Source: Actinomycetota bacterium
GTDB taxonomy: Bacteria > Actinomycetota > Acidimicrobiia > IMCC26256 > PALSA-555
Reading direction: 5' to 3'
Assembly (NCBI GenBank): GCA_016870355.1
Contig: VGBR01000002.1
Span: 90,982 to 154,981 of the forward strand
Length of the DNA: 64,000 bases
The stretch's first letter is position 1; each line of letters opens with the position of its first letter. A program made the translations under genes and the position numbers. This document shows positions 1 to 8,875 of the stretch, in pieces. The notes beneath the pieces were generated by a model. The model was not told the origin of the DNA and searched no databases. It was given only the letters and a program-made list of their open reading frames with translations.

Positions 1-490
1 CGCCGGCCGCCTCGAGCTTCGCCTCGAGCTCGGGCTGGCGGTAGATGCGCACGTGACCACCCGGCGTGTCGTGGTAGCGGTGGTCGAGCGCCCAGCACAC
101 CCGCTCGGGCCAGCGCGTCGGCACCGTCACCGCGATGCGACCGCCCGGGCGCAGGACGCGCACGAGCTCGCCGATCGCGACCGTGTCCGCCCAGAGGTGC
201 TCGAGCACCTCGGACGCGATGATGCAGTCGAAGGTGTCATCAGCGAACGGAAGCTGGAGCGCGTTGCCGTTCACCGCGCCGCCCGACTCTTCGTACGGCG
301 CTTCCCCTGTTTCGACCATCGCGCCGAGGATCGATCGCACTTCCTTGAGCTCGGCTTCGGAGTAGTCGAGCGCGACCACCGTTGCGCCGCGCCGCCACGC
401 TTCGAACGCGTGCCGGCCACCGCCGCAGCCCATGTCGAGCACGCGCGCGCCGTCGCGCACCCCGATCCGGTCGAAGTCGACGGTGAGCAT
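1..490 (-). CDS. Class I SAM-dependent methyltransferase (3' part runs off the left edge)
   Basis: Not in the ORF track because it has no stop inside the window. Reverse translation from ATG 490..488 gives MLTVDFDRIGVRDGARVLDMGCGGGRHAFEAW...LQLPFADDTFDCIIASEVLEHL...LRPGGRIAVTVP. This shows the DxGCGxG motif I and the downstream acidic and LxPGG motifs. The ATG overlaps the TGA of the upstream glycosyltransferase (TGATG). Confidence 0.8.
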   Translation of the reverse strand, partial: MLTVDFDRIGVRDGARVLDMGCGGGRHAFEAWRRGATVVALDYSEAELKEVRSILGAMVETGEAPYEESGGAVNGNALQLPFADDTFDCIIASEVLEHLWADTVAIGELVRVLRPGGRIAVTVPTRWPERVCWALDHRYHDTPGGHVRIYRQPELEAKLEAAG

Positions 491-1773
491 CAGGCGACCT
501 GCTCCCGGGCACGCTCGTGCTCTTCCAGTACGGCGCGGTAGTGCTCGACGGTGCCGATCGCGGTCTGGCGCCAGGTGAACTTGCGCAACGCCCGCTCGCG
601 ACCCGCCGCACCCACGGTGGCGCGCAGTGACGCGTCACCGAGCGCCTGGCGAATCTTGCCGCCCAGCGCATCGGAGTCACCCGGGGGCACCAGCAGCCCG
701 GTCTGGCCATCGCGCCCGAGGACCTCAGGGACGGCGCCGCCCGTGGTGCCGACGACGGGCACTCCGCAGGCCATCGCTTCGACTGCGGGGAGTGAGAACC
801 CCTCGTACAGCGACGGGACGCACGCCACCTCGGCCTCGCCGTAGAGCTCGACGACGCGCTCGGTCGTGACGCCGCTGACGAACTCGACTGCGTCGCCGAT
901 GCCGAGGCGATCGATGAGTCCGGGGATCCGGCTCTTGAGCTTCGGCTTGCCGATCACGACGAGATGCGCCTCGGGGATCTCGGTGCGCACCTTCGCCAAC
1001 GCCTCCAGCAGGGGAGCGAGGCCCTTCATCGGCACGTCGGCGCTCGCGGTCGTCATGAGCCGACCCGGCACCCGGCTGATGTGGGGGCGGGGTCCGAACA
1101 CCGAAGGGTCGACACCCACCGGCACGACGTGCAGCCGCTCGATCGGCACGCCCATCTGCTCGGCGATGTCACGACGCGACGACTCCGACACGGTGACGTG
1201 ACGGGGGAGCCGACGCGCCACCTCCATCTGCATGTCGAGGAAGCCGTACCAGCGCCGGATCGTGAAGCGTTGGTACGCGTTGCGAGCGTGAGCCAGGTCG
1301 AGGTCGCGGTCGACCGTGATCGGGTGATGCAGCGTGGAGAGGATCGGCCAGCCGTCCTCCTCGTGCATCTGGAGGATCCCCCGACCCAGGCACTGGTTGT
1401 CGTGCACCAGGTCGAACTGGTCGCGGCGCTGCTTCAGGGCCCGTCGAGCCCGGAGGCTGAACGCATAGGGCTCCGGGAACCCGGCGCCGCACATGATCCC
1501 GAACTCCCGCAGGTCGATCGTGGTCTTGAACTCCCACGGCCACGGCACCCGGAACGGGTTCTCCGGGCGGTACAGATCGAGCCCTGGGACCTGCTCGAGC
1601 TGCTCAGGGTCGACGAGATCCGGGTACGGCTGGCCCGAGAACACCTTGATCTCGTGCCCGAGCTCGGTGAGCTCCTTGGCCAGATAGCGCGTGTAGACGC
1701 CCTGACCCCCGCAGTGGGGGTTGCCGCGGTACACGAGGTACGCGATGCGAAGGGGGCGCTCGGGGGCAGTCAT
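490..1773 (-). CDS. Glycosyltransferase, GT-B fold (family 4 / group 1)
   Basis: ORF 490..1818. The likely start is ATG 1773 (MTAPERPLRIAYLVYRGNPHCGGQGVYTRYLAKEL...). The C-terminal half carries the EGFSLPAVEAMACGVPVV motif typical of GT1/GT4 retaining transferases. Confidence 0.85.
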   Translation of the reverse strand: MTAPERPLRIAYLVYRGNPHCGGQGVYTRYLAKELTELGHEIKVFSGQPYPDLVDPEQLEQVPGLDLYRPENPFRVPWPWEFKTTIDLREFGIMCGAGFPEPYAFSLRARRALKQRRDQFDLVHDNQCLGRGILQMHEEDGWPILSTLHHPITVDRDLDLAHARNAYQRFTIRRWYGFLDMQMEVARRLPRHVTVSESSRRDIAEQMGVPIERLHVVPVGVDPSVFGPRPHISRVPGRLMTTASADVPMKGLAPLLEALAKVRTEIPEAHLVVIGKPKLKSRIPGLIDRLGIGDAVEFVSGVTTERVVELYGEAEVACVPSLYEGFSLPAVEAMACGVPVVGTTGGAVPEVLGRDGQTGLLVPPGDSDALGGKIRQALGDASLRATVGAAGRERALRKFTWRQTAIGTVEHYRAVLEEHERAREQVA

Positions 1774-1917
1774 GGGGGTCCGAATCCTACTTCCCAGGTC
1801 AGGAATCCCTTTCAGCACGCCAGTTCTGGCGTGTGCTCCCCGCTCGGGTGGCCCCGCCCACCTCTAGCCGGGCTCTCTCATAGCCTCGGGGTTGTGGGCT
1901 TCCCCATCAGTGCCGAG

Positions 1918-3696
1918 ATGGTCGCCCGCTCGGGCGTTGTTGGCGAGCCGCGATGGTCGCCCGATGGGGGCCGTGTGGGATGGGTCGAGGCGAGGGGCGA
2001 CCGCGCAGATCTGCTGATCGCGCCGTCCGGTGCGAGCGCGCCACCGATCGTGGTCACTGCTGAGACGGGCCTCACCTCGGTGCGCTCGTATGGCGGTGGG
2101 GCGTGGTGTTGGGCGGGGTCGGAGCACGTCGTCGTTGTCGCGGCGGATGGTCGGTTGCTGGTGGTGCCCGTCGAGGGCGGCCCGGCGCGGGTGTTGAGTC
2201 GGGATGGGCGCGCGGCGGCGCCGGCGGCTTCTGTTGATGGGGCGCGGGTTGCGTTCGTGTTGGAGCGTGAGGACGCGTGTGACATCGCGGTGGTGCCGAC
2301 GGATGGGTCGGTGTGGCCGGTGCGGGCTTCGCATGGGGCGGACTACGCGTGGGATCCGGCGTGGGCGCCCGACGGGTCTGCGCTTGCGTGGCATGAGTGG
2401 GACCTGACGGGCATGTCGTGGGACGCGTCGCGCATCGTGGTGGCGGCGCCTGATGGATCGGGTCGCACGGTGGTTGCGGGTGGGGACGACGTGTCGGTGG
2501 GGCAGCCTCGGTTCGCGCCTGACGGATCTGCGCTGGCGTACCTGTCGGACGTGTCGGGGTGGTGGAACGTCTGGGCGGCGAAGCCTGATGGGTCGGATCC
2601 CGTTCCGGTGCTCGCGGAGGAGCTCGAGCACGCGGAGCCGGCGTGGGGTCCGGGGCAGCGGTCGTTCGCGTGGGCGCCAGATGCCGGCTCGGTCGCGTGC
2701 ACGCGCAACGAGCTCGGTCTCGGGCGTCTCGTGATCGCTTCTCGCGACGGGGCGCCCGTTGTCGACGTCGCCAAGGGCTGGCACCACGGTCTCGACTGGG
2801 GTGCAGCCGGGATCGTGTGCGTGCGATCCGGTGCGCGCACGCCGGAGGTGGTGACGATCCTCGGTGTCGACGGTTCCCGTCGCGAAGTGGCGCGCGGTTC
2901 GAGCGGCGGGTTCGAGGCCGCGGGCCTCGTCGAACCGGAGTCCGTCACGTGGGAGTCCGATGACGGCACGACGGTGCATGGCCTCCTCTACCGACCACCC
3001 GGGATCGAGCAGCCGCCGCTGCTCGTCGACATCCACGGTGGACCGACGGGGCAGGCAACTGCGGCGTGGAGCCCCCGTCCTCAGTTCTGGGTGACGCGCG
3101 GCTGGGCGGTCCTCGCGCCCAACTACCGCGGCTCGACGGGCTACGGGCGCGGCTACATGCAGGCGATGGCCGAGCGCTGGGGTGTCATGGACGTCGCCGA
3201 CACGGCCGCGGGCATCCGTGCCGCGCGCGTCAATGGCTGGTGCGACCCCGGGCGCATCGCGGCGATCGGTGGCAGCGCGGGCGGCCTCACGGTGTTGCTG
3301 CTGTGCGCGCGCTCCAAGCTGCTGCGCGCCGGGGTCAGCCTTTATGGCGTGACTGACCTGCGTTCCCTCGCGGATACGACTCACCGCTTCGAGTCGAGGT
3401 ACCTCGATCGAATCGTCGGGGAGCTGCCCGACTTCGTCGATCGGTACCGCGACCGGTCACCCGTGTACCGCGCCGCGGACATCGACGTGCCGATCCTCGT
3501 TCTCCAAGGTGACACCGACAAGGTCGTGCCACCGGATCAGGCACAGCTGCTCGTCGACGCGGTGCGTGCCGCGGGTGGGACCGCCGAGCATCACGTCTAC
3601 GCGGGTGAAGGCCACGGCTTCGAGCGCCCCGAGACCGTGATCGACGCGCTCACGCGCACTGAGGCGTTCCTCAAGAGGTGGGTGCTCGACGCGTGA
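1918..3696 (+). CDS. S9 family serine peptidase (prolyl oligopeptidase / acylaminoacyl-peptidase-like)
   Basis: The track ORF 964..3696 is a run-on, and protein-like sequence begins at ATG 1918 (MVARSGVVGEPRWSPDGGRVGW). The N-terminal half has repeated SPDG/APDG beta-propeller motifs. The C-terminal half has the GGSAGG nucleophile elbow, QGDTDKVV and GEGHGF, which is the Ser-Asp-His order of S9 peptidases. Confidence 0.85.
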   Translation: MVARSGVVGEPRWSPDGGRVGWVEARGDRADLLIAPSGASAPPIVVTAETGLTSVRSYGGGAWCWAGSEHVVVVAADGRLLVVPVEGGPARVLSRDGRAAAPAASVDGARVAFVLEREDACDIAVVPTDGSVWPVRASHGADYAWDPAWAPDGSALAWHEWDLTGMSWDASRIVVAAPDGSGRTVVAGGDDVSVGQPRFAPDGSALAYLSDVSGWWNVWAAKPDGSDPVPVLAEELEHAEPAWGPGQRSFAWAPDAGSVACTRNELGLGRLVIASRDGAPVVDVAKGWHHGLDWGAAGIVCVRSGARTPEVVTILGVDGSRREVARGSSGGFEAAGLVEPESVTWESDDGTTVHGLLYRPPGIEQPPLLVDIHGGPTGQATAAWSPRPQFWVTRGWAVLAPNYRGSTGYGRGYMQAMAERWGVMDVADTAAGIRAARVNGWCDPGRIAAIGGSAGGLTVLLLCARSKLLRAGVSLYGVTDLRSLADTTHRFESRYLDRIVGELPDFVDRYRDRSPVYRAADIDVPILVLQGDTDKVVPPDQAQLLVDAVRAAGGTAEHHVYAGEGHGFERPETVIDALTRTEAFLKRWVLDA

Positions 3697-4343
3697 GTGA
3701 GCTCGTCACCGCCTTCCAGGGACCGGTACGAGGCGCGGATCGCGCCGTGCTGCTCGCGCACGGGGCGGGCGCAGGGATGGACGCTCCGGCGCTGACGGTG
3801 GTGGCCGATGCGCTCGAAGCAGCCGGGATCCCGTCGATGCGCTTCGAGTTCCCATACCGCACGGCCGGTCGCCGGTCGCCGGATCGTCCAGCGGTGCTCG
3901 AGGGCGCGACTCGGGCCGCAGTCGCCGAGCTTGCGTCGCGAAGCGGCCTGCCGAACGAACGCCTCGTGCTGGGTGGGCGATCGATGGGCGGGCGCTACTG
4001 CTCGATGATCGTCGGTGCCGAGACAGACGCCGTACCGGCGCTCGGCTTGCTCATGCTCGGCTACCCCTTGCACGCCGCGGGCAAGCCCGAACGTCGGCGC
4101 GACGAGCACTTCCCTCGCATCACGTGCCCGGTCCTGTTCGTCAGCGGCACGCGCGACTCACTCGCGCCGCGAGAGGGTCTGACGCAGGCGTCCGCGGTCG
4201 TTGCAGGGCCCGTGACGTTGCACTGGCTGGAGACCGCGGATCACGGCTTCAAGCCGCTCAAAGCGAGCGGGACGACGATCGACGACGTGCTCGGGGACGT
4301 CGCGGACACGTCGGTCGCATGGGTGAAAGCCCTGGCCAGATGA
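3693..4343 (+). CDS. Alpha/beta-fold hydrolase (dienelactone-hydrolase-like)
   Basis: ORF 3678..4343. GTG 3693 overlaps the upstream TGA (GTGA), suggesting translational coupling. Motifs seen: LLAHGAGAGMD and the GGRSMGG nucleophile elbow. The exact start (3678 or 3693) is uncertain. Confidence 0.7.
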   Translation: MSELVTAFQGPVRGADRAVLLAHGAGAGMDAPALTVVADALEAAGIPSMRFEFPYRTAGRRSPDRPAVLEGATRAAVAELASRSGLPNERLVLGGRSMGGRYCSMIVGAETDAVPALGLLMLGYPLHAAGKPERRRDEHFPRITCPVLFVSGTRDSLAPREGLTQASAVVAGPVTLHWLETADHGFKPLKASGTTIDDVLGDVADTSVAWVKALAR

Positions 4344-4406
4344 ACATTCGAAAGACACGCCCAATAGTTTCCGAGTTTCGGCCCCTGCACCCGCGAGACT
4401 GGAGTC

Positions 4407-4916
4407 ATGCGGGTCGACCGGGCATTCGGGTTCATCGATCTCTGCGGCTTCACACGCTTCACCGACGCGCAGGGTGACGAGCAGGCCGTCGACGTCCTCA
4501 CCCGCTTCCGTGCTGCGGTGCGCGAGACGGCATCCGACCACGCGGTGCGCGTCGACAAGTGGTTGGGCGACGGCGTGATGCTCGTGAGCACTGACGACGA
4601 CCGACTCGTGCAGGCTGCGATCACGCTCTCGTCATGTGCGGAGAGCAATGAGGTCCCGCTTCCGTTGCGAATGGGGTTGGCCGCGGGTCCGGTGATCCTC
4701 TTGGAGGGTGACGACTACGTCGGCAGCGCGGTGAACCTCGCGGCGCGCCTCTGCTCCAAGGCGGCACCCAATGAGATCCTCGCCACGCTCCGCCTTGCTG
4801 CTGCGGTTCCGCCTGGCGCGGGCGCGATCCCGGTCGGCGCGCTCGAAGTCGCCGGCTTCGTGCAACCGGTCGAGGTCGCGCGCATCGAACCGGAGCCGCT
4901 CGCTACTGCCCTCTAG
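4407..4916 (+). CDS. Stand-alone class III adenylate/guanylate cyclase catalytic domain
   Basis: FGFIDLCGFT (first metal Asp), VDKWLGDGVML (Lys plus second metal Asp) and GSAVNLAARL (Asn/Arg). The protein is only 169 aa and has no sensor or membrane domain. Confidence 0.75.
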   Translation: MRVDRAFGFIDLCGFTRFTDAQGDEQAVDVLTRFRAAVRETASDHAVRVDKWLGDGVMLVSTDDDRLVQAAITLSSCAESNEVPLPLRMGLAAGPVILLEGDDYVGSAVNLAARLCSKAAPNEILATLRLAAAVPPGAGAIPVGALEVAGFVQPVEVARIEPEPLATAL

Positions 4917-4971
4917 TGCCTGAGTCGCCCTGAGGAAATGGGCGCCTTGCACCACTAGCCTCGCGGGCCTC

Positions 4972-5814
4972 ATGCCGAGCCTTCCTGACTTCGACACGAT
5001 CCGGTTCGAGCTCGACGGCCTCATCGGTCGTCTCGTCCTCGACCGGCCCGACAAGCTCAACTCGTTCACGATCGCGATGTGGCGCGAGATGCGAGAGCTC
5101 GGCGAGCTGCTCCTTGCCGATCCGGGTGAGCTCCGAGCGCTGATCGTCGTCGGCGAAGGCCGCGCGTTCTCCAGCGGCATCGACACGAGCGTGTTCGCCG
5201 AAGGCACGGGCGGCGACCAGATCGCGGACGAAGGCTCGGAGAAGCCTGCCCATGACGATCCCGTCGTGAACGGCATCCTCGCCACCCAAGAAGCGTTCAC
5301 GTGGCTCGAGGAGGCGCCGTTCGTCACCATCGCCGCGGTGCGCGGCTACGCCTTCGGTGCCGGCCTTCAGCTCGCGCTTGCGTGCGACCTTCGAGTGATG
5401 GCGCGCGGCACCAAGATGGGTCTGCTCGAGCTCCAGTACGGGATCCTCCCCGACCTTGGCGGTACGCAACGCCTCACGCGACTCGTCGGGCCGGGACGGG
5501 CGAAGGAGATGATCTTCACCCGCGCCAAGATCGATGCTGATGACGCAGAGCGCTTCGGGATCGCCGAGCACGTCGTGCCCGACGAAGAGCTCGAAGAAGT
5601 GGCGCGCACGCTCGCGGAGACGATCGCGGCCCAGCCGCCGATCGCGGTGCGAGGCGCGAAGCGCGCGATCGCCGTCGCGATCGAGGGCGGCTCGGTGCGC
5701 GACGGGTTGCTCGCGGAGGCCGAAGGGCAAGCCGACTGCATGCGCTCCGACGACATGAAGGAGGCCATCACCGCCTTCATCGAGCAGCGCGACCCGGTGT
5801 ACCGAGGTACCTAG
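4972..5814 (+). CDS. Enoyl-CoA hydratase/isomerase (crotonase) family protein
   Basis: LVLDRPDKLNSF, RALIVVGEGRAFSSGID and AAVRGYAFGAGLQLALACDLRV are classic crotonase-fold motifs. Confidence 0.85.
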   Translation: MPSLPDFDTIRFELDGLIGRLVLDRPDKLNSFTIAMWREMRELGELLLADPGELRALIVVGEGRAFSSGIDTSVFAEGTGGDQIADEGSEKPAHDDPVVNGILATQEAFTWLEEAPFVTIAAVRGYAFGAGLQLALACDLRVMARGTKMGLLELQYGILPDLGGTQRLTRLVGPGRAKEMIFTRAKIDADDAERFGIAEHVVPDEELEEVARTLAETIAAQPPIAVRGAKRAIAVAIEGGSVRDGLLAEAEGQADCMRSDDMKEAITAFIEQRDPVYRGT

Positions 5815-5818
5815 CCAC

Positions 5819-7078
5819 ATGGCGCAGTACGTCGTGCGAGGCGGAAACCGGCTGAGCGGGTCGGTGCGCGTGGCGGGGATGACCAAGAACGCCGGGCTCA
5901 AGCAGATGGCAGCGGCGTTGCTGGCGCCCGGCACGACCACCCTGCGCAACGTGACGCCGGTCGTCGACCTCGACGTCATGATGGATCTGCTGCGAGGGAT
6001 CGGCGCGGCGGTGGAGTGGGGCGCGGATCCTGGTGTGCTCCACGTCGGAGTGAGCGAGGAGCTCCAGCCCGAGGCCCCGTACGAGCTTGTGAGCCGGATG
6101 CGCGCGTCGATCAACGTGCTGGGCCCGCTGCTCGCGCGTTGCGGGCATGCGCGCGTTGCGTTCCCCGGTGGCGACAACATCGGATCACGCAAGCTCGACA
6201 TGCACTTCGCCGCACTTGAGGCGATGGGTGCCGACCTCGAGGTCGTTCACGGCTTCGTCGAGGCGAAGTGCAACGTGCTGTGTGGCGCCCGAGTGGTGCT
6301 CGAGTTCCCAAGCGTCGGCGCAACCGAGACCGTGCTCACCACTGCGGTGCTTGCCAAGGGTCAGACGATCATCGAGAACGCGGCACGCGAGCCCGAGATT
6401 GGCGACCTCTGCGACTTCCTCACCGAGATGGGCGCGCGCATCAACGGCGCCGGATCCTCCACGATCGAGATCGAGGGCGTGGACGAAGTGCACCCGGTCG
6501 ATCACGCCATCGTCGGCGACCGCATCGAAGCGGGCACGTTGCTGATGGCATGCGGTGCCGCAGGCGGTGACATCTCGGTCGAAGGCATCGACCTCCACCA
6601 CGTGGAGATGGTCGTCCGCAAGCTCGGCGAGATGGGCATGACGATCGAGCCGACACCCGACGGTCTGACCGCGCGGTCCGACGATCCGCTGCGATCCGTC
6701 GACGTGCAGACGCTTCCCTTCCCCGGCTTCGCCACGGACTTCATGCCGCTCGCCGTGGCGCTGCTCACCCGGGCCGAGGGGACCGCGATCGTCACCGAGA
6801 ACATCTTCGACAGTCGGTTCGCGTTCGTGGACGAGCTGAACCGCTTGGGTGCCGACATCAAGACCGAAGGTCGTCATGCTGTCGTGCGCGGTGTCGAACG
6901 GCTCACCGGAGCACCGGTGCACGCGCACGACGTGCGCGCCGGCGCGGCGCTCGTGCTCGCGGCCCTCGGTGCCGACGGGGAGACGGTCGTGCACGACCCC
7001 GGCCACGTCGACCGAGGCTACGCTGACCTCCCAGGCAAGCTCCGCTCCCTTGGCGCAGAGGTGACCCGCCTGGAGTAG
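5819..7078 (+). CDS. murA: UDP-N-acetylglucosamine 1-carboxyvinyltransferase
   Basis: Full-length MurA-like protein of 419 aa ([23 protein letters not shown]..., [15 protein letters not shown], ...[17 protein letters not shown]). The active-site loop has Asp where E. coli has Cys115. Confidence 0.95.
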   Translation: MAQYVVRGGNRLSGSVRVAGMTKNAGLKQMAAALLAPGTTTLRNVTPVVDLDVMMDLLRGIGAAVEWGADPGVLHVGVSEELQPEAPYELVSRMRASINVLGPLLARCGHARVAFPGGDNIGSRKLDMHFAALEAMGADLEVVHGFVEAKCNVLCGARVVLEFPSVGATETVLTTAVLAKGQTIIENAAREPEIGDLCDFLTEMGARINGAGSSTIEIEGVDEVHPVDHAIVGDRIEAGTLLMACGAAGGDISVEGIDLHHVEMVVRKLGEMGMTIEPTPDGLTARSDDPLRSVDVQTLPFPGFATDFMPLAVALLTRAEGTAIVTENIFDSRFAFVDELNRLGADIKTEGRHAVVRGVERLTGAPVHAHDVRAGAALVLAALGADGETVVHDPGHVDRGYADLPGKLRSLGAEVTRLE

Positions 7079-7120
7079 ATGCGGCGCCCGCACGGGCGCT
7101 CGCCAGCACGGCGAACGCCC

Positions 7121-7160
7121 GCGAGGCGGGTATCCCGCCTCGCAGAGAGCGTGCGAGAAG
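7121..7160 (+). repeat. Copy 1 of the 10-bp-stem/TAT-loop palindrome family (GCGAGGCGGG-TAT-CCCGCCTCGC plus AGAGAGCGTGCGAGAAG flank)
   Basis: Perfect inverted repeat at 7121..7143 read directly from the sequence. It lies between the murA stop and the probable Nfu start. See the findings for the family. Confidence 0.6.
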
Positions 7161-7225
7161 TGATGGGAACGACTGCGATACTGGGTGGGTTGTCAGAGGC
7201 GGACCCCGCCGAATCGGAGACCTTG

Positions 7226-7489
7226 ATGCCCGCGACTGCCAGCACTGAAGAAGGCGTCCTCGACGCCATCGAAGCGATCCGCCCTGCGCTCCAGGCCGAC
7301 GGCGGCGACATCGTCTTCAAGTCGATCGACGACGACAGCGTCGTGCACGTCGAGCTGGTCGGGGCGTGCGGCACGTGCCCGGTGTCGACGATGACGCTCA
7401 AGGCCGGCGTGGAGCGGATCATCAAGGACCGCGTGCCCGAGATCGTCGCGGTCGAAGCCGACAACGTGGACACCAGCTCCGAGTACTGA
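7226..7489 (+). CDS. NifU C-terminal-domain (Nfu-type) Fe-S assembly protein
   Basis: ORF 7079..7489. The conserved part is EGVLDAIEAIRPALQADGGDIVFKSID...VELVGACGTCPVSTMTLKAGVERII (CxxC). ATG 7226 has GGAG 6 nt upstream. ATG 7163 is an alternative start. The Arg-rich stretch 7079-7160 looks non-coding. Confidence 0.75.
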   Translation: MPATASTEEGVLDAIEAIRPALQADGGDIVFKSIDDDSVVHVELVGACGTCPVSTMTLKAGVERIIKDRVPEIVAVEADNVDTSSEY

Positions 7490-7499
7490 TCCAATTCAG

Positions 7500-8438
7500 A
7501 TGAAGGCGGATGCCGCCGCGCTCGTCGAAGGCGCGCGAGCGGGGGACCGAGGCGCAGTTGCTCGCCTCATCTCGCTGGTCGAGTCAGGCGGGCCCGAGGC
7601 AACCGAGGCGGTCGCCCGGCTGCATCCCCACACCGGCGCCGCCTACACGATCGGCATCACGGGCGCGCCGGGCGCAGGCAAGTCAACGATCACTGACCGG
7701 CTGATCGCGCGCATCCGTCGCGATGGTCACGAGGTGGGTGTGCTGGCGATCGACCCCACGAGTCCCTTCACCGGTGGCGCGATCCTTGGTGACCGCGTGC
7801 GCATGCAGGAGCACGCCACTGACGACGGCGTGTTCATCCGATCCATGGCGACGCGTGGGCACCTTGGCGGCCTCGCGCTCGCCACGCCGCAAGCTCTGCG
7901 CGTGCTCGACGCGGCAGGCAAGCCGTGGCTCATCGTGGAGACGGTCGGTGTCGGGCAGGTGGAGGTGGAGATCGCCGGCTCGGCCGACACCACGGTGGTC
8001 GTCGTCACGCCGGGCTGGGGTGACGGTGTGCAAGCAGCCAAGGCCGGTCTCCTCGAGATCGCCGACGTGCTCGTCGTCAACAAGGCCGATCGCGTCGGCG
8101 TTGACGACACCGTGCGCGACCTCACGCAGATGCTCGAGCTCGGCGGGTCGCGTCCGTGGACGCCACCCATCGTGCAGACGGTCGCCACCGACAACCGCGG
8201 TGTTGACGAGCTCTTCGATGCAATCGTTGCGCACCGTGCGTTCCTTGAGTCCGATGGCCAGCTCGCGGGTCGTCGCGCCGATCGCGCGCGTGAAGAGCTT
8301 CGTTCGATCGTTGGGGCGCGCCTCGCCGCACAGGTTGGGGAGGTCTGCTCGGGACCGGCGTTCGACGCGATGGTCGACCGGGTCGTCAAGCGCGAGATCG
8401 ATCCGTATGCCGCAGTCGACGCGCTGGTGGAGGACTAG
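7500..8438 (+). CDS. meaB: Methylmalonyl-CoA mutase-associated G3E GTPase (MeaB/ArgK)
   Basis: P-loop GITGAPGAGKST, ETVGVGQ, and VVNKAD. The length and layout are typical of MeaB. Confidence 0.9.
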   Translation: MKADAAALVEGARAGDRGAVARLISLVESGGPEATEAVARLHPHTGAAYTIGITGAPGAGKSTITDRLIARIRRDGHEVGVLAIDPTSPFTGGAILGDRVRMQEHATDDGVFIRSMATRGHLGGLALATPQALRVLDAAGKPWLIVETVGVGQVEVEIAGSADTTVVVVTPGWGDGVQAAKAGLLEIADVLVVNKADRVGVDDTVRDLTQMLELGGSRPWTPPIVQTVATDNRGVDELFDAIVAHRAFLESDGQLAGRRADRAREELRSIVGARLAAQVGEVCSGPAFDAMVDRVVKREIDPYAAVDALVED

Positions 8439-8875
8439 CTCCGCTCCACGATCTCCTTCAGGAGGCGCAGGTTTGTCCGCCACACGCGGTGCAGTACGGG
8501 CTTCGCCGCTCGCTCACCCACCGCGCCGCCCATCCACCAGGGAAAGCGCAGCACTTCCTCCCAGCAGAAGCGCGTGCCGTCGGGCTCGGGCTCCAAGGTG
8601 AAGCGTCCTGTGCCTTTCACCACGCCGGTGTGCTCGATGCCCATCGCTGAGTTCGGAATCCACTCCGTCACCTTCAACACGTCTCGGTTCGTGAACGGGC
8701 CGATGCGGGTCAAGCAACGGAACTCGGTGCCCACTCCTTCGTGCCTGTCAGTGACGAACTCGACGCTCACCGCGTCGCGCATCCATCGCGGATGGCTTGA
8801 GATGTCCTCGACGGCGCGCCACACGACTTCGGGGCTTGCGCGCATCGATGTGCACTGTTCGATCGAGACGGTCAC
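8435..8875 (-). CDS. SRPBCC (START/polyketide cyclase-like) family protein
   Basis: ORF 8435..8989. GTG 8875 overlaps the galT TGA (GTGA). The sequence ...ASPEVVWRAVEDISSHPRWMRDAVSVEFV...GTGRFTLEPEPDGTRFCWEE is typical of SRPBCC proteins. Its stop overlaps the convergent meaB stop (CTAG). Confidence 0.75.
   Translation of the reverse strand: MTVSIEQCTSMRASPEVVWRAVEDISSHPRWMRDAVSVEFVTDRHEGVGTEFRCLTRIGPFTNRDVLKVTEWIPNSAMGIEHTGVVKGTGRFTLEPEPDGTRFCWEEVLRFPWWMGGAVGERAAKPVLHRVWRTNLRLLKEIVERS

Noticed and set aside
964-1917. N-terminal 318-aa extension of the S9 peptidase ORF (track ORF 964..3696)
   Set aside because: The extension is antisense to the well-supported glycosyltransferase gene (490..1773), and its sequence is not protein-like. 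ATG 1918 precedes the first conserved propeller motif.
7079-7225. N-terminal extension of the NifU-like ORF from 7079
   Set aside because: The Arg-rich translation is encoded by the repeat and hairpin element. A GGAG box sits 6 nt before ATG 7226, and the conserved Nfu domain starts just after it.
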